Source: a virus (lineage: Duplodnaviria > Caudoviricetes). Taken from it: a DNA stretch of 56,014 bases. A program made the translations under genes and the position numbers. Positions 1-10,417 of the stretch are shown here, in pieces. Every line of letters begins with the position of its first letter. The stretch's first letter is position 1. Where the stretch lies: the IMG/VR virus record IMGVR_UViG_3300030102_005174, positions 1-56,014 of that record; one strand, given 5' to 3'. A model generated the notes under the pieces. The model made no database searches and was not told the origin of the DNA. It worked only from the letters and a program-made list of their open reading frames with translations.

Positions 1-153
1 TTAGCTACTATTTTCAGAGCCGTGCAATTCTCTGCTGGGAGCAGTGGAACAATCTTATGTCGAACACCTACAATAACGAGAGTTGGGGTAAGTGAAGGCA
101 TATTACAAACTAACCTAGATATCCCTTTTCAAAGAGATGTCACTTATAGCTAA
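1..153 (+). CDS. C-terminal part of tail terminator-like protein; gene wraps the circular junction from 55741
   Basis: Frame 1 is open from nt 1 (LATIFRAVQF...IPFQRDVTYS*) and continues the 55741 ORF in frame across the TTAGCTA overlap; lies directly upstream of the tail tube gene. Confidence 0.85.
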   Translation, partial: LATIFRAVQFSAGSSGTILCRTPTITRVGVSEGILQTNLDIPFQRDVTYS

Positions 154-164
154 TAGGAGCGAAT

Positions 165-1073
165 ATGGGCGATACAAACCAAACCTCGATTGCTGTTGTG
201 GCAGAGTCCACATTCGGTGTAACACCAACAAACGGCATGACATTTACAAGATTTACTGGCGAAAGTTTAGCTTTTAATATTGAAAATACGCAAAGCAATG
301 AAATAAGGGCTGACCGTAATGTTCAAGATATTATAAGAACAAACGCAAGCGTTGCTGGTGATTTAAATTTTGAATTAAGTTATGGAACTTATGATACATT
401 ATTAGAGGGTCTAATGATGTCAACTTACAGTTCTAACGTACTAAAAAATGGCAGTACATTAAAAAGTTTTAGCTTGGAAAAAAAGTTTGAACTTGGCAGT
501 ACAGATAAATTTCATTTATTTAAGGGCTGTAGAATAGGTTCTATGGGGCTTAATATAAGTGCTGGCGAAATAGTAACCGGCAACTTTACTGTTTTAGGTA
601 AAAATATGACAGTATCAACTTCGGCTGTTGACAGTTCAATAGATGCAACCACAACAGCGCAACCATTTAACGCAGTTAATAATGTTACTCAAATTTTAGA
701 AGGTGGCAGTGGCATTTCTGAAAGCGTTATGAGTTTGAGCCTTACAATAGATAACAATTTAAGGGCGCAAAACGAAATTGGTAATTTAGGCGCAACTGGT
801 ATAGGGCTTGGACAATTTAGTGTAACCGGTTCTATGTCGGCTTATTTTTCTAGTGGTACTTTATATGAAAAATTTGTTAACGGTACTGACAGCGCTTTGT
901 CAATTACGTTAAACGATGGTTCTAACAGTTACACTTTCTTATTACCTAAAATTGAATATACAACTGGCACTGTAACAGCCGGCTCAACTAACTCAGATGT
1001 AATGTCTGATTTGGAGTTTATTGCAAAGTATGATACATCAGAAGCGTGTACTTTGAAAATAACTAGAGCATAG
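165..1073 (+). CDS. Major tail tube protein
   Basis: 302 aa, SD AGGAG; N-terminal ESTFGVTP motif, beta-rich; between terminator and chaperone/tape measure genes. Confidence 0.85.
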   Translation: MGDTNQTSIAVVAESTFGVTPTNGMTFTRFTGESLAFNIENTQSNEIRADRNVQDIIRTNASVAGDLNFELSYGTYDTLLEGLMMSTYSSNVLKNGSTLKSFSLEKKFELGSTDKFHLFKGCRIGSMGLNISAGEIVTGNFTVLGKNMTVSTSAVDSSIDATTTAQPFNAVNNVTQILEGGSGISESVMSLSLTIDNNLRAQNEIGNLGATGIGLGQFSVTGSMSAYFSSGTLYEKFVNGTDSALSITLNDGSNSYTFLLPKIEYTTGTVTAGSTNSDVMSDLEFIAKYDTSEACTLKITRA

Positions 1074-1078
1074 GTAAT

Positions 1079-1477
1079 ATGGATATAAATGATTTAAAAT
1101 ATAACCCAGACCTCGCTAATAATGGGGTTTGGGTTGAACATGATGAAACAACATCATTTTTAATTGCAAAATTAGGCAATAAAGGTTTTCAAACAGCTTT
1201 TAAAAAAAGATTACAACCATACAGAAGAGCATATGAAAATGGAACTCTTTCAGCAAAAAAAGAAGTTGAAATTATGGTTGAATGTATGGCTGACCACATT
1301 TTGCTTGGCTGGAAAGGATTACTTTTAAATGGAAAAGAAATTCAATATAGTCGTGAAAAATGTGTTGAAATATTAAGCATGGAAGGTGCTGAAGAGTTTA
1401 GAGATTTAATTACAAATTATTCAACAGATGTTGCAAATTACAAAACGGAGCAAAATGAACTTGATTTAAAAAACTAA
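1079..1477 (+). CDS. Tail assembly chaperone (lambda gpG-like)
   Basis: Between tube and tape measure; ILLGWKGL motif; ends in a slippery sequence. Confidence 0.8.
   Translation: MDINDLKYNPDLANNGVWVEHDETTSFLIAKLGNKGFQTAFKKRLQPYRRAYENGTLSAKKEVEIMVECMADHILLGWKGLLLNGKEIQYSREKCVEILSMEGAEEFRDLITNYSTDVANYKTEQNELDLKN
1465..1474 (+). promoter_or_regulatory. Programmed -1 frameshift site (T TTA AAA / A AAA AAC)
   Basis: Heptamers sit just before the TAA; the -1 frame is open (KLIAWLRW...) into 1486-1794, as in the lambda G/GT arrangement. Confidence 0.75.
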
Positions 1478-1485
1478 TAGCGTGG

Positions 1486-1794
1486 TTGCGTTGGCAATTA
1501 TCTTGGGGAGATAAATATGAAAAACTTGTGGCAACCGTAAAAGATGTGCATGAGAAGCCATTTGTAAAAGACGCAATCACGCTTACATATTTTCAACAAA
1601 TTTATGCAGAAGCATTTGTTGATTTAAACAATCATAGGCAAGTAGGAATGGCTGTTTCGCCTATACCGTTTAGTGATATAAAGGCATATGTAGAATTGCA
1701 TAAAGTAACAGATGTAGAGGATTTTATATTTATAATATCACAACTAGATATTGAATACATTAAAATTTCCAATGCATCAAATAAGGGTAAGTAA
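1486..1794 (+). CDS. Tail chaperone frameshift extension (gpT-like)
   Basis: -1 frame relative to 1079-1477; no clear SD; ends overlapping the tape measure start. Confidence 0.75.
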   Translation: MRWQLSWGDKYEKLVATVKDVHEKPFVKDAITLTYFQQIYAEAFVDLNNHRQVGMAVSPIPFSDIKAYVELHKVTDVEDFIFIISQLDIEYIKISNASNKGK

Positions 1795-3809
1795 TGGCAG
1801 ACCTAGCAAGATTAAATATAGCAGTAAATACAAGAGGTGCTAGGCAACAACTTGGCGCTTTTCGTACTGCAATGGCTACGACAAGCAGAGCCGTTACAAA
1901 CCAAGTAAACAGAATACAAGGATCATTTAGAAGTGTAACTAGCGCTATATTCGGCTTACAAGGCGCTCTAGCCGGTGTTGGTTTAGCTTTAGGTGCTGGT
2001 GCAGTAGTGCAAACAAGTCTGCGCCTAGACCGTTTAAGAACGGCTTTAACGGCTGTTTCTGGTAGCAGTGTACAAACAAATAAAACATTACAAACATTAG
2101 AAGCTATGTCTGATAGGCTTGGCGTAAATTTTTTGGCAACTGCCGAAGGTTTTAAAAACTTTTCTATTGCATCTAGAACAGCCGGTATGGATGCAGATAC
2201 AACAAATAAAATATTTGAAGCTGTTGTAACTGCCGGTGGCGCAATGAAGTTAAGCACCGATGATATGAGTGGGTCTTTAAGGGCATTGCAACAAATGATT
2301 TCAAAAGGCAATGTTCAAGCTGAAGAATTAAGAGGGCAATTAGGTGAAAGACTTCCGGGCGCTTTTGCAATGTCAGCAGAAGCGTTGGGTGTTACAACAA
2401 AACAATTAAATAAAATGCTTGATAATGGCGAAGTTTTAGCAAGTGATTTGTTGCCAAAACTTGGTAATTTGTTAATGGAAAAATTTAAAGAACCAGCAGA
2501 AGTAGCGTCAAAAAGTGCAACTGCTGAATTTAACAGATTTTTTAATGCTATAGATAAAGTAAAAATTGCGATAGGTGAAGCTGGGTTAATTGGTGTTTTA
2601 GTTAACTTAACTGATGGAATTACAAAATTTATAAAATCTGGTGGTTTTATGAATTTTTTTGGCGATTTCTTAATTGGTGGGGCTATGGCATTAGATAGGT
2701 TAGTGTCCTTAACTGATGAATTTAAATTTTTCTTTAACATGGTTGTTACCGGTGTAAATAAGTTAAATGAATTTGCTGGTGGTACAATAGGTCAATTAGG
2801 GCTTATGGGTTTTATATTATTTGGCAAAAAAGGTTTAAGGGGTGGAATTTATATTGCAATAGCAACTGGTATAATTGATTTATTATTAAAAGAATTAACA
2901 GGAGTTGTCGAATTTATTGATCCACTTAATAAAACCGGTCTTGCTGACAAATTTAGAAATGCAAATGTTTCCGGATTTGCAAAAGAAAAAATAGACGAAC
3001 TCAGTGATGCCGTTTTAAGAAAGGCTGGTATATTTCCAGAAGATTTACGAGACAGGCTTGGCATGATGGAAGATATTACACCAAGAAACCAAGCTATTAT
3101 TAAAGGTGGTGCAAACAGTTTTGAATTTAGAATGAGAAGATTTATTAATAGTTTAGAAAAAGCAGATAAAGAACTTAAAGAGAATTTTGGTAGTTTTTTT
3201 ACTACTGGTAAAATAGAAAGCACAGCAGAAGAACTAACACCATTTGGAAAATTTTTTAGTGGTGTAAGTAAAGGATTTGAAAATTTAGGTAAAAGTGTTG
3301 TTGATTTTGCAAAAATTGGTGAAGATGCAGTTAAGCGTTCTTTTGGCGCTATGGATAATGCAATAGAACAACTTGTTAAAAATGGTAAAATAAATATGAA
3401 AGCCTTTGCGCAAGATATGCTCATTTATTTTGCACAAATAAGCGCAAGAATGGCTGTTGTTTCTGCTTTTAACGCATTTAAGCCTAGTATGCTTAATTTT
3501 TTTGGCTTACCACCATCGGCTGGTGGCATTCAAGGTGAAAAATATGGTGGGGCAGTTAGTAGAGGTACGCCATATTTAGTTGGTGAAGCTGGGGCAGAAA
3601 TATTTGTGCCAAATCAATCTGGAAGAATTGTACCAAATGCCGGTGGTTCAACTATTGTAAATAATTATGATTTTAGAGGTGCAGATAGAAGTGCTGTAGC
3701 CCAGTTAGAAATGATGGCAGAAAATATTAAACAAGAAACATTTAAAATGGTTTTTGGTAGTATAGAACAAGGTGGTAGGTTTGCAAAAGCTACTGGGAGA
3801 AGGGCATGA
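1794..3809 (+). CDS. Tail tape measure protein
   Basis: N-terminal QMISKGNVQAEELRGQLGERLPG motif; C-terminal GGAV...YLVGEAGAEIFVP motif; 671 aa. Confidence 0.95.
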   Translation: MADLARLNIAVNTRGARQQLGAFRTAMATTSRAVTNQVNRIQGSFRSVTSAIFGLQGALAGVGLALGAGAVVQTSLRLDRLRTALTAVSGSSVQTNKTLQTLEAMSDRLGVNFLATAEGFKNFSIASRTAGMDADTTNKIFEAVVTAGGAMKLSTDDMSGSLRALQQMISKGNVQAEELRGQLGERLPGAFAMSAEALGVTTKQLNKMLDNGEVLASDLLPKLGNLLMEKFKEPAEVASKSATAEFNRFFNAIDKVKIAIGEAGLIGVLVNLTDGITKFIKSGGFMNFFGDFLIGGAMALDRLVSLTDEFKFFFNMVVTGVNKLNEFAGGTIGQLGLMGFILFGKKGLRGGIYIAIATGIIDLLLKELTGVVEFIDPLNKTGLADKFRNANVSGFAKEKIDELSDAVLRKAGIFPEDLRDRLGMMEDITPRNQAIIKGGANSFEFRMRRFINSLEKADKELKENFGSFFTTGKIESTAEELTPFGKFFSGVSKGFENLGKSVVDFAKIGEDAVKRSFGAMDNAIEQLVKNGKINMKAFAQDMLIYFAQISARMAVVSAFNAFKPSMLNFFGLPPSAGGIQGEKYGGAVSRGTPYLVGEAGAEIFVPNQSGRIVPNAGGSTIVNNYDFRGADRSAVAQLEMMAENIKQETFKMVFGSIEQGGRFAKATGRRA

Positions 3810-4459
3810 CAACAAAAGATTTTCCAGCAAATTTAGTTCCAAGTAGCATACAATTTGGTTTACAAAGTAATACACAAGTTTTTAAAAGCCCATTATCTTC
3901 CAGTACACAAACTTTAAGAATGCCGTCTGCATCGTGGTATGGCAAAGCCAGTTTTACAGATTTAATTGAAAGTGATTGGCGAACACTTGCAAGTTTTATT
4001 ACAAGCCTAGAGGGTATGCACGGAAGATTTTATTTTGGTGATTTTGGTGGTGTTGAGCCTAGAGGTGCAATGTCAGCAAGTTCCAATACGTTGCGAATTA
4101 ATGGCGCATCACAAACTGGCGCAACAATAGCCGTAGATGGTTTTCCAGCAAGCACAAGTAATGTTTTTAGGGCTGGTGATTATATTGCTTACGACACAAC
4201 GGCTGGGCGTGAATTAAAAATGATAACGGCTGACGCAACAAGCAACAGCAGTGGGGAAGCAACATTAAGTATTGCGCCCAACATTAGAACAAGCCCAGCA
4301 GATAATGCTGTTGTATCTTATAGAACAACAAGCGCTAATGGTTTAGGCAATACAGATTTAACTTGCATTGTAAGGTTAGAAGAAGACCAAAGTGCATGGA
4401 ATGTTGCACCACCGTTAATAGGTACAATTTCATTTACATTTATTGAGGCTTTTGCATGA
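3806..4459 (+). CDS. Distal tail (Dit)-like protein with an inserted beta domain
   Basis: Immediately after TMP; FKSPLS..TQT, W..., LEG..GRF and terminal F.EAF pattern. Confidence 0.75.
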   Translation: MTTKDFPANLVPSSIQFGLQSNTQVFKSPLSSSTQTLRMPSASWYGKASFTDLIESDWRTLASFITSLEGMHGRFYFGDFGGVEPRGAMSASSNTLRINGASQTGATIAVDGFPASTSNVFRAGDYIAYDTTAGRELKMITADATSNSSGEATLSIAPNIRTSPADNAVVSYRTTSANGLGNTDLTCIVRLEEDQSAWNVAPPLIGTISFTFIEAFA

Positions 4460-5022
4460 CAAGAACTATTAATACTAATACTTTAGCAAAGGTTGATGAT
4501 GAACAAGTAACCATGATAAATATGGTTCAATGTAATTTTGCAAGTGGAACTTTTTATGCAAATTCTACAGCACAAAGCATTGTTTATGATAGCAATACCT
4601 ATTTAGGCGTTGGTAAAATTGGTGCAATATCAGAGGTTGAAGAAAATACAGATGTAAGCGCACATCAAATTAATTTAACGCTTACCGGTTTAGATACAAC
4701 ATTAATGAGTGAAAGTTTAAACCAAAACTATAGAAACAGAAGTGCTATTATTATGGTTGCTTTTTTAGATAGCAGTGATGCTATTGTTGGCGAGCCAGTA
4801 ACAATATTCAGTGGTATTATGGATAGTGTACAAGTAACGGTTGGGGAAACTTGTACAATTAGCTTAAAAGTAATTAGCCGTTTACAAGATTGGGAAAGAA
4901 CACGCTTTGGGCGTTATACAAATGAAGAACAACAAGAATTATTTGCTGGGGATAAAGGTTTTGAATTTTTAAACCAAACAATAGAAAAAACTATTTATTG
5001 GGGAAGGACACCACCAGAGTAA
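4456..5022 (+). CDS. Tail hub / minor tail protein
   Basis: TYLGVG and F.G..D motifs; C-terminal RYTNEEQQ..F.GDKGFEF..IYWG typical of siphophage hub proteins. Confidence 0.75.
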   Translation: MTRTINTNTLAKVDDEQVTMINMVQCNFASGTFYANSTAQSIVYDSNTYLGVGKIGAISEVEENTDVSAHQINLTLTGLDTTLMSESLNQNYRNRSAIIMVAFLDSSDAIVGEPVTIFSGIMDSVQVTVGETCTISLKVISRLQDWERTRFGRYTNEEQQELFAGDKGFEFLNQTIEKTIYWGRTPPE

Positions 5023-5462
5023 TGCAAAGGTTAGAAGGCTGGGAAGATAATTTAAAAAAATATATTGAACAGCATGAAAATAGAAATTTTAAATTTGGCG
5101 CAAATGATTGCGTTGCTTTTGTTATTGGTGCTTATTTAGTAATTACTGGTATTGATTTACAAAAAAAATTAAAAGAAGAAAATTTTTTATTAGATCATAA
5201 AGATAAAAAAGGCGCTTACAAAAAAGTAACAGAATATGCTGATGGTACTGTTTTTGGCAGTGCTGGTAAACTAGCAAAAAAAATGAAAATTAAAAAAATA
5301 CATGGCGCTTTCGCAAAGCACGGTGATATTGTTGGTAAATACAATAGCAAAAAAGAAGAAATGTTGGGTGTAATGTCAGACGACGGAACTGCTACTTATT
5401 TGCACAAAGATGGTATAGTGCATTTAGATAGAACCGAAATAAAGGTGGCTTGGGAAGTGTAA
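5022..5462 (+). CDS. Tail-associated NlpC/P60-like protein (gpK-like position)
   Basis: F.FG.NDCV.F motif and GDI motif; start moved to the ATG overlapping the upstream TAA. Confidence 0.75.
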   Translation: MQRLEGWEDNLKKYIEQHENRNFKFGANDCVAFVIGAYLVITGIDLQKKLKEENFLLDHKDKKGAYKKVTEYADGTVFGSAGKLAKKMKIKKIHGAFAKHGDIVGKYNSKKEEMLGVMSDDGTATYLHKDGIVHLDRTEIKVAWEV

Positions 5463-7958
5463 ATGGAACAAATTGGATTAGCAGTAGCATCAGCATTAAA
5501 CATTACAAGCGCCACCGGTATAGCTTTTGTACAAGCCGGTGTTTACGTTGTTGGCACAGCCATTAGTGTTCACTCTGCAAGGCAGATGGCAAAAAGGCAA
5601 ATGAAAGGAATAAATGATTTAGTTGCTGAACAAGGTTTAGAAACTAAAATGCAGTTTCGTTCAGATATGCCACGAAGGTTAATTTATGGAAAAACAAAAG
5701 TAAGTGGCGTTGTTGCTTTTGCCGGTGTTAGTGGAACTGGAAACAAATATTTACATCTTGTGGTTGCATTAGGGCAAGGTGAGCTAAATTCTATTACAAA
5801 TGTTTTTATTGATGAAACTGATTTAAGTTTAACACAAGATGGCTCTGATAGCAGTAGCCATGCAAGATTTGTTGCCGGCAGTGGCAATAAATATGAAAAT
5901 TTAGTAAGGGTTAAAAAACATTTAGGCAGTGATAGCCAAAGTGCAGATGCCGATTTGGTAAGTGAAGTCTCTGAATGGACAACAAGCCACAGATTAAGGG
6001 GCGTAGGTTATATTTATATTAGGTTAGAATATGACCAAGATAAATTGCCACAAATACCAAATATAAGTTGCATTGTAGAGGGCAGAAAGGTTTACGACCC
6101 AAGATTAGATAGCACAAATGGTGGTAGTGGTTCGCACAGATTTGCAACAAGTTCTACTTGGGCTTACTCAAGAAACCCATCTTTGTGTATAAGAGATTTT
6201 TTAATAAATACTTATGGTTTAGGTGCATTAAACAGTGAAATGAATGACACAAGGTTTGCTGAAATGGCAAACAGTTGTGATGCAAATGTAACTATAAACA
6301 GCAGTGGTGATACACAAAAACGATATACTATGGATGGTATGATACCGTTAGATCAATCACCGGTAAGTATAATGGAGTCTATGCTTGTTTGTTGTGCTGG
6401 TAGCATTGCCTATACGCAAGGTAAATATGAGTTACAAGTTGGAGTTGCTATTGCTAATTCACGATCCCATACATTAAATGAAACACATTTAAGGGATAAT
6501 GTTACAATACAAACTGATGGTGGTAAAAGTAACCGTATAAACGCTGTAAGGGGTACATTTTTAGATGAAGATAATTTTTATCTTTCAACAGATTTTTCAC
6601 CATACAGAGATAGCACATATGAAAGTGAAGATGGCGAAGCGCTTTATGGGGATGTAAATTTTCAATTTGTAAAAAATAATATTAGAGCGCAAAGGCTTGC
6701 AAAAATTATGGTTGAAAGAAATAGGCAAAGTTTAAGCCTAACATTGCCATGTAATTTGAATGCTTTCCCAGTTTCTGTAAATGATAAAGTTACGTTAAGT
6801 TTAGACCGAGATGGTGCTTTTAGTAACGAAACCATATTTAATGGTAAAGAATTTATGGTTACTGGCTGGAAAATGACACCAAATGGTGGCGTTGATTTAG
6901 AATTAGTTGAGTATGCAGATGCCATTTATAGTTGGAATTTTGGCAACAGCTTTGGTATTGATATTGCGCCAAATACAAGTTTACCAGACCCAGCAACGGT
7001 ACAACCACCCACAAATGTAACAGTTACAGAAACACCGGATATAAATGATGACGGAACTTTGCTGGTAAGTGCCAAAACTACATTTACAAGCGCAACCGAT
7101 GCTTTTGTTGGTAATTATGAAGTTGAATTACAAGTGCAGTTAAGTGGTTCGTTTTTAACTGCATATACAGCCGTAGTGGGCAGTAATGTTACAAGGGTTG
7201 ATTACAGTGGGCTAATAGTGGGCAGAACTTACAGGGCAAGGGTGCGTTCTGTAAGCGTGTTAGGTAGAAGAAGTGCATATGCAACCAGTTCAAATGTAAC
7301 GCTTGCTGGCGATGTAACAGCGCCTAGCGCCTATACAGCACTTACGGCTAGTGGAATAGGTGAAGCAGTTGAATTAACCTTTACAAACCCCACAGAAAGC
7401 GATTTTAGGGGTGCTGAATTTGTAATGCAAACTGGCACTGGTAATCCAAACAGTGGTTCACCAACAATTAATTTTAGTGTAGCTGGTTCTGCCGGTAAAG
7501 TTATGAAAATAACAAGAAATAATTTAACAGCCGGCACACAGCAAAGATTTTGGATAAGGTCAACAGATTTTTCTGGTAATAATAGTGCATTTTTTCCAAA
7601 CAATGCTGATGGTATTACTGCAACACCACAAGCCGGTGGCGTTGATGTACAAAACTCAAGTGGCACAAGCATTGTTTCCGGTGGCGTAGCGCAATTAGGC
7701 GCATTTGGTACTGTAGACCAAATAACAAGTGGTAATAGTAATACTTTAATTGGTAATGATGCAATAGTAACAGCACATTTATCGGCAGATTGTGTAACTG
7801 CTGATGAAATAGATGTGGGTACGTTAGATGCAATCAGTGCAACTATTGGCACATTGCAAAGCGCTTCATCTGGTGCAAGGTTAGTTATACAAACTGATAA
7901 AATAAAAGTATTTGATAGTAATGGTAATGAAAGAGTAAGAATTGGTAATTTAAGCTAA
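5463..7958 (+). CDS. Tail tip / central fibre protein (TipJ-like) with FN3-like domains
   Basis: PRRLIYG.TKVSG, HRLRGVGY, PNI...V.GRKVYDPR and NPSLCIRDFL motifs; FN3-like YRARVRSV. Confidence 0.9.
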   Translation: MEQIGLAVASALNITSATGIAFVQAGVYVVGTAISVHSARQMAKRQMKGINDLVAEQGLETKMQFRSDMPRRLIYGKTKVSGVVAFAGVSGTGNKYLHLVVALGQGELNSITNVFIDETDLSLTQDGSDSSSHARFVAGSGNKYENLVRVKKHLGSDSQSADADLVSEVSEWTTSHRLRGVGYIYIRLEYDQDKLPQIPNISCIVEGRKVYDPRLDSTNGGSGSHRFATSSTWAYSRNPSLCIRDFLINTYGLGALNSEMNDTRFAEMANSCDANVTINSSGDTQKRYTMDGMIPLDQSPVSIMESMLVCCAGSIAYTQGKYELQVGVAIANSRSHTLNETHLRDNVTIQTDGGKSNRINAVRGTFLDEDNFYLSTDFSPYRDSTYESEDGEALYGDVNFQFVKNNIRAQRLAKIMVERNRQSLSLTLPCNLNAFPVSVNDKVTLSLDRDGAFSNETIFNGKEFMVTGWKMTPNGGVDLELVEYADAIYSWNFGNSFGIDIAPNTSLPDPATVQPPTNVTVTETPDINDDGTLLVSAKTTFTSATDAFVGNYEVELQVQLSGSFLTAYTAVVGSNVTRVDYSGLIVGRTYRARVRSVSVLGRRSAYATSSNVTLAGDVTAPSAYTALTASGIGEAVELTFTNPTESDFRGAEFVMQTGTGNPNSGSPTINFSVAGSAGKVMKITRNNLTAGTQQRFWIRSTDFSGNNSAFFPNNADGITATPQAGGVDVQNSSGTSIVSGGVAQLGAFGTVDQITSGNSNTLIGNDAIVTAHLSADCVTADEIDVGTLDAISATIGTLQSASSGARLVIQTDKIKVFDSNGNERVRIGNLS

Positions 7959-8296
7959 TGGCTTATGGATTAGATATTAAAAATACAAGTGGTTCTAGTA
8001 TTTATTCTGTTACTTCACAAACTTGGTCGCAAGTTGAATATTTTACAAAAGCAGAAGGCGATACCTCTACAACAACAAAAAACTATAGTTATTTGCCAAG
8101 TGGTGTAACTTTAAGAGTGGCAATTTTATTTACAGATACAACATTACCAGATGATGAACAGCCATTAATACCTACAATAAATATAAGTGGCACAACAGTA
8201 ACCGTAACCGGCACAGATACATCAACATCAAATTCTGTAAGTGGTACAATTACACAAAAATCTCAAGCGTGTTTAATTTTGGTGTTGGCTAAATGA
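7958..8296 (+). CDS. Tail tip accessory protein
   Basis: MAYGLDIKN.SG start typical of small proteins following TipJ; TAATG coupling. Confidence 0.6.
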   Translation: MAYGLDIKNTSGSSIYSVTSQTWSQVEYFTKAEGDTSTTTKNYSYLPSGVTLRVAILFTDTTLPDDEQPLIPTINISGTTVTVTGTDTSTSNSVSGTITQKSQACLILVLAK

Positions 8297-9768
8297 GTTA
8301 CGGTTTTTTAGCAAGAAATAACAGTGGTGAAGTTTTAATTTCAGATGTAATGAAAAATTTACATTTAAAAGAAAAAATTACAACACCAACATCTATTTCA
8401 GTACCTTATACAACATTTGGTGGTTTATCAAAATTTACATATCAATTTACTTGTTCATCAACACCAGTTCCTTTTTTTACAATGCCATTTACTGATAGAT
8501 TTTATTGCATGACAGGGGCAAAGAATGTAAGTGGTAATACTTGGCAAGTTGAGATATTATCTAGTGGTGGTTTCCCTAATGCTGGTGCTACTGGAAGCAC
8601 ACAAGGTTCAGCAACAACTGCAACAAATACTAGAGAACCATCTAGTGGTACTTTTTTTAATAATGAAAATAATACAATAAGATTTAGTGGTAACCCTATG
8701 CCAAATATTTTTGCAACTAGTGGTTATGCTAGTACAGCATATTATGGTATGGTATCTATTGGAAGTGGTAGCATTCCTATGAGTTTTGGTGGAAATGATG
8801 GTATATATAGTGTTATATGGAATGGAACTTCTGTAATAAGCAATCAAACTTTTTCATATAATACAAGTAATTTTGGTTTTACTTCATCACCTAATCTTTC
8901 AGCAAATGGTTATACATATACCATGTTAGATACTTCAAACAATGGACTTTTTGACGTAGGTTCAACTTCAACACCAGATTATGGTCGCTTTGTTCCGGGC
9001 TTTAACCCAACAAATTCAGCATTACTTGTTCGACAATACAGAATATTTAGAGTGCAAAACCAAGTAACGACAACACTAGGTTCAAGTGGTAATAATCCAA
9101 CTGGAAGTTATACTGATGCACAATCACCAAATTTATATGTTTTTGCCGACCCAACAGCAATAAGTGCAAGTGACAGTTATGGTTTTCAAGTTAAAAATAG
9201 TAATGGCGATGTAAGTTTTGACAGCCGTATGCGACCATTGCAAATAAGTTCAACTGTAAACATTACACACCCAACTACAGCAAGTAATGCTAGTGCTAGT
9301 GGTTTATCTGCAAGAAACTGTAGTTCAAATCATTCAAGCAATTTTTTACCAAATGTAACTTCTGACCATACAACAAGTACACAACCTACAGAACCAATGT
9401 TCTTTTTTAGTAGTCTATCACAACGACACCATGAACAATCAGTTACAGAAGTTGAAACAGAATGCGATGGAGTTGATGTAAAAGGTAATTGCATTGGTGT
9501 TTCAAGGGATTATAATTGGAGGTCAACATATTGGGCATTTTATCGTTGTGCTTTACAAAGAACCAGTTCAACAAATTTAAGGGCTGGCTGGGTTACTAGA
9601 GAACACGCTTGTTATCACTCTAGGTCATTAAATAGTAGTTTTTTTGGCATAGATGGTTTATCACCAGATAGTTCAGCACAAGGTGATGGAAAACACCCTT
9701 GGAATGATGCTAACATTAATAATGCACAAAATACTTGTATTATTGCAGACAGTGGATTGTATAACTAA
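8293..9768 (+). CDS. Tail tip / receptor-binding accessory protein
   Basis: Two YGF...N..G.V modules (MSYGFLARNNSGEV; SYGFQVKNSNGDVSFDS); S/T/G/N-rich; Cys-containing C-terminus. Confidence 0.6.
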   Translation: MSYGFLARNNSGEVLISDVMKNLHLKEKITTPTSISVPYTTFGGLSKFTYQFTCSSTPVPFFTMPFTDRFYCMTGAKNVSGNTWQVEILSSGGFPNAGATGSTQGSATTATNTREPSSGTFFNNENNTIRFSGNPMPNIFATSGYASTAYYGMVSIGSGSIPMSFGGNDGIYSVIWNGTSVISNQTFSYNTSNFGFTSSPNLSANGYTYTMLDTSNNGLFDVGSTSTPDYGRFVPGFNPTNSALLVRQYRIFRVQNQVTTTLGSSGNNPTGSYTDAQSPNLYVFADPTAISASDSYGFQVKNSNGDVSFDSRMRPLQISSTVNITHPTTASNASASGLSARNCSSNHSSNFLPNVTSDHTTSTQPTEPMFFFSSLSQRHHEQSVTEVETECDGVDVKGNCIGVSRDYNWRSTYWAFYRCALQRTSSTNLRAGWVTREHACYHSRSLNSSFFGIDGLSPDSSAQGDGKHPWNDANINNAQNTCIIADSGLYN

Positions 9769-10409
9769 TGGCTTACGTTACTCATTTAGCTAATGGAACA
9801 ACTGTAAACAGTTATGTAGCAAATGATGAATATAACAATCAGATTGATTATCTAAAAACGGTTTTTGGTTGGGGTTTCCCAGAATATACTTTGATTTCCG
9901 ATAAATTTACTGATGAATATTTAAAAGAAGAAGTAATTTATGGCTGTTTAAATAGAATTGACTACAAGGATTTTGTTAATGAACATACTGTTACAGTTAA
10001 CAGATTATTAGCTTTAGAAAGCAAAAAATCATATTTATTTGTATTAAATGGGTTTTGGGAAAATAACCCAAGCTGGTGTCATAATGATGCGCTTATAGTA
10101 GCGCAATCAATACATTATGAAGAGGATGGAAAAGAATTTTTAACAAAAGCAAATGATTATAAACACTATATTATTAGGGCAAGCGCAAGCATTTCTAAAA
10201 GTGAATTTGGTTTAGAATTAACTGATGATAGTGATGAATTTTTATGCGCTTTGGTTGAAAACAATACCATAAAAGCAATAAGAAAATTAGTTCCAACTGA
10301 TGGTGTTGGTGACGAAATATTAGAAAACTGGCAATCTTTATATTTATTATATGCAAGGAAAGCTGGTAAAAAAGAATATCTAAAAAAATTATACCAAAGT
10401 GGTTTATAG
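9768..10409 (+). CDS. Hypothetical protein
   Basis: 213-aa ORF with TAATG coupling. Confidence 0.6.
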   Translation: MAYVTHLANGTTVNSYVANDEYNNQIDYLKTVFGWGFPEYTLISDKFTDEYLKEEVIYGCLNRIDYKDFVNEHTVTVNRLLALESKKSYLFVLNGFWENNPSWCHNDALIVAQSIHYEEDGKEFLTKANDYKHYIIRASASISKSEFGLELTDDSDEFLCALVENNTIKAIRKLVPTDGVGDEILENWQSLYLLYARKAGKKEYLKKLYQSGL

Positions 10410-10417
10410 GAGGGTTT

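Noticed and set aside
1760-3424. Long - strand ORFs opposite the tape measure gene (also 7331-7852, 34719-35297, 45604-46437 and others)
   Set aside because: Antisense shadows of well-supported + strand genes; no recognisable motifs.
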